From Azolla caroliniana (taxonomy: Eukaryota > Plantae > Polypodiophyta), in NCBI GenBank assembly GCA_043228905.1, contig JBHGNT010001210.1, positions 1-10,952 on the forward strand: 10,952 bases of DNA, in the 5' to 3' direction. Numbering within the stretch: the first letter of the stretch is position 1; every line of letters starts with the position of its first letter. A program made the translations under genes and the position numbers. The notes beneath the pieces are model-generated. The model did not search any database. It was not told where the DNA came from and saw nothing but the letters and a program-made list of their open reading frames with translations. Positions 10,301 to 10,952 of this stretch are shown here, in pieces.

Positions 10301-10952
10301 CTTACGATTAGAGGTCTGTAGTACAATCTATCTTTCAATCTTCTCTTCACAACTTCTCTTCCAGTTTGAACAATTATATTTTAAGATCTTGAGCACAGAA
10401 ATTCTCTCAGTGGAGTGGACATACTTCACATATATCCACATAAAACTTCCCATTGTTCTTTGCCAACAATGCCAGTTATTTATTAGTAAATCAAACACAT
10501 CCAAATTAGATTCTTATAGATATTGCTTTCTTGCTCATCATTTATTCATTAATAGAATGGTATTGCAACTAGAATGACTGTACAAACGGATTTTTTTCTC
10601 CCTCAAAATGCCTCATGCTTGTCAAAGAGTTTAAATATTGCATCTAGTGACCACATCTTATCAAGGTAGAAAACAACAAAATTTATCACTCACCATGCTG
10701 TTGGAATGCTGCTCCAAAACGAGGACAAGTTGTTAATGCTCGATGTTGGATTTTCCTGCAATAATGCTCTTCTAAGTTGCAAGCCATTGATGGCACTGTC
10801 TCTATCAAATTGATTGAGTGGGAGATCAGGTGGCGACTGATATCTGAGGCCAAACTCATCTGGAGGGGGAGGTGGTGGAGGTGATGTTGTAGTTGATGAT
10901 GAGGAACTGTTGTTCCATATTACAAACATATATATGCCATATCCAATCATAG
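4229..10952 (-). CDS. TOM2A: TOM2A-like four-pass membrane protein (tetraspanin-like) gene, six coding exons visible, 5' end beyond window
   Basis: Manual splicing with GT-AG introns and consistent phases gives 280 aa from the internal Met at 10950: MIGYGIYMFVIW...SIPTAW|FLCVFVAVGAV...NGCCLSC|YSFFIGILILIEL...DDWQE|VIPSDSTG...KWVALGAVILQ|AFALLLSVILRA...YDSDDEYVAPR...RQPLLNRQ...DAWSTRMREK|YGLDTKEFSYNP...KGWCTIM*. These blocks match the Arabidopsis TOM2A sequence as I recall it (MIGYGIY, CCLSCYS, PSDxTG, WVALGAV, YDSDDEY, WSxRMREKYGLDT, CTIM). No database search was run. Confidence 0.92.
4408..4614 (-). CDS. TOM2A: TOM2A-like exon 5 (207 nt)
   Basis: Acceptor GTGCAG|GCA. Encodes AFALLLSVILRALGG...YDSDDEYVAPR...DAWSTRMREK (ORF track 4402..4620). 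Donor AAG|GTGTAA. Confidence 0.92.
5212..5316 (-). CDS. TOM2A: TOM2A-like exon 4 (105 nt)
   Basis: Acceptor TTGTAG|GTA. Encodes VIPSDSTGELESIEDFIEDKIGIFKWVALGAVILQ. Donor CAG|GTACTG. Confidence 0.9.
5400..5480 (-). CDS. TOM2A: TOM2A-like exon 3 (81 nt)
   Basis: Acceptor GACAG|TAT. Encodes YSFFIGILILIELAFGGFLYFYDDWQE. Donor GAG|GTATCG. Confidence 0.9.
5481..5569 (-). other. U12-type (minor spliceosome) GT-AG intron, 89 nt
   Basis: The 5' splice site GTATCCTT is the U12 consensus. A branch-point-like TCTATTAAC at 5500-5492 ends 11 nt before the 3' junction, and there is no polypyrimidine tract (AATTAAGACAG). Confidence 0.85.
5570..5669 (-). CDS. TOM2A: TOM2A-like exon 2 (100 nt)
   Basis: Acceptor TTTACAG|G completes the split Trp codon. 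Encodes FLCVFVAVGAVITLITCSGYIAAATTNGCCLSC. Donor is GTATCCTT. Confidence 0.9.
6190..7200 (+). mobile_element. Degenerate Ty1/copia reverse transcriptase (RVT_2) fragment
   Basis: Motifs read across frameshifts and stops: AMQEEIKVLH, DLVQL..WVDKIK..KAHLVAKGY, SPVFKMNTL, LEMDVNSAFLHGNIEEELYMKQ, LVCKL..LYGLKQA, MLERFN, PYAS..GSLMYVM, IMRYFKG, FCDSNM.TDV. Confidence 0.92.
7201..7518 (+). repeat. LTR (~318 bp)
   Basis: Starts TGTTGG exactly where RT similarity stops and ends TTTCA 2 nt before the PBS. Contains TATAAAA at 7344-7350. Segment 7267-7400 is repeated at 8057-8174. The left boundary is inferred. Confidence 0.82.
7521..7538 (+). promoter_or_regulatory. Primer binding site (initiator tRNA-Met)
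   Basis: TGGTATCAGAGCAAGGTT. The first 12 nt are the canonical plant tRNA-iMet PBS TGGTATCAGAGC. Confidence 0.93.
7611..8056 (+). pseudogene. gag: Copia gag N-terminal fragment (UBN2/Retrotran_gag_2-like), frameshifted and truncated
   Basis: ATG at 7611: MVSCSSDVKNLFEICQFEGMGFNLWKERTQGILFLKDCDKALE /fs/ KPEDMSKDAWRILNKKVVTYIKM...IWAKLKATYENTTPVNQLHLMRKLV...EHLSLF /fs/ FDDKLKAIFL. This fits the copia gag pattern (F.G..F.LWK, W..L...YE). Confidence 0.88.
8057..8174 (+). repeat. Partial second LTR copy (direct repeat of 7267-7400)
   Basis: By manual alignment: 5 substitutions, deletions of 10 and 7 nt, and a 1-nt insertion relative to 7267-7400. Confidence 0.93.
8370..8790 (+). mobile_element. 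Degenerate non-LTR retrotransposon (LINE, RTE-like) reverse transcriptase fragment
   Basis: Not in the ORF track. It reads PSNYRTSMIGHHLAKLHGSILE..SAGESCFQKGFTTLHHILTLRALI*GRAHKKRICCCLVGL*KAFGTM..LEALGVP/MRWGIYALYESV..TIGVK. These correspond to the LINE RT motifs NYRxI, QxGFR, DHIxTLR, FVDFxKAFD and GVKQG. Confidence 0.85.
10694..10952 (-). CDS. TOM2A: TOM2A-like exon 1 (partial: end of TM1 plus Ser/Thr/Pro-rich loop)
   Basis: The frame is open to the window edge and reads MIGYGIYMFVIW...SIPTA(W). It ends GCA TG|GTGAGT, a consensus phase-2 donor at 10693. Confidence 0.9.

Larger units (their letters stand above)
5670..10693 (-). other. Large (5024 nt) phase-2 intron containing retroelement remnants
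   Basis: GTGAGT...TTTACAG boundaries join TG|G (Trp) into the conserved 'PxAW-F' motif. I found no additional exon inside. Confidence 0.85.

Noticed and set aside
10948-10950. ATG at 10950 as the gene start
   Set aside because: The frame stays open to the window edge, and MIGYG lies within TM1 of TOM2A proteins, so the true start is probably upstream.

Overview
Land-plant (eukaryotic) genomic DNA. A fern or similar large-genome lineage is a weak guess from the TE types. The main feature is a minus-strand, six-exon TOM2A-like gene (tobamovirus multiplication 2A / plant tetraspanin-like family). CDS exons lie at 10694-10952 (continuing past the window edge), 5570-5669, 5400-5480, 5212-5316, 4408-4614 and 4229-4321, and the protein ends in a CaaX motif (CTIM*). 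Intron 2 (5481-5569) has a U12-type (minor spliceosome) GT-AG signature. The 5-kb first visible intron holds retroelement debris, all antisense to the gene: a decayed Ty1/copia RT, an internally deleted copia element (LTR-PBS-gag-partial LTR) and a decayed LINE RT. Downstream of the gene (1-3700) are probable TE relics, including a direct/inverted repeat cluster (1160-1530) and a three-copy ~50-codon pseudo-coding repeat with an invariant HDCLHS motif that I cannot assign to a family. I see no convincing wholly new biological system. The best leads are the HDCLHS repeat, the U12 intron, the Ser-Pro7 loop insertion and the scrambled copia locus.
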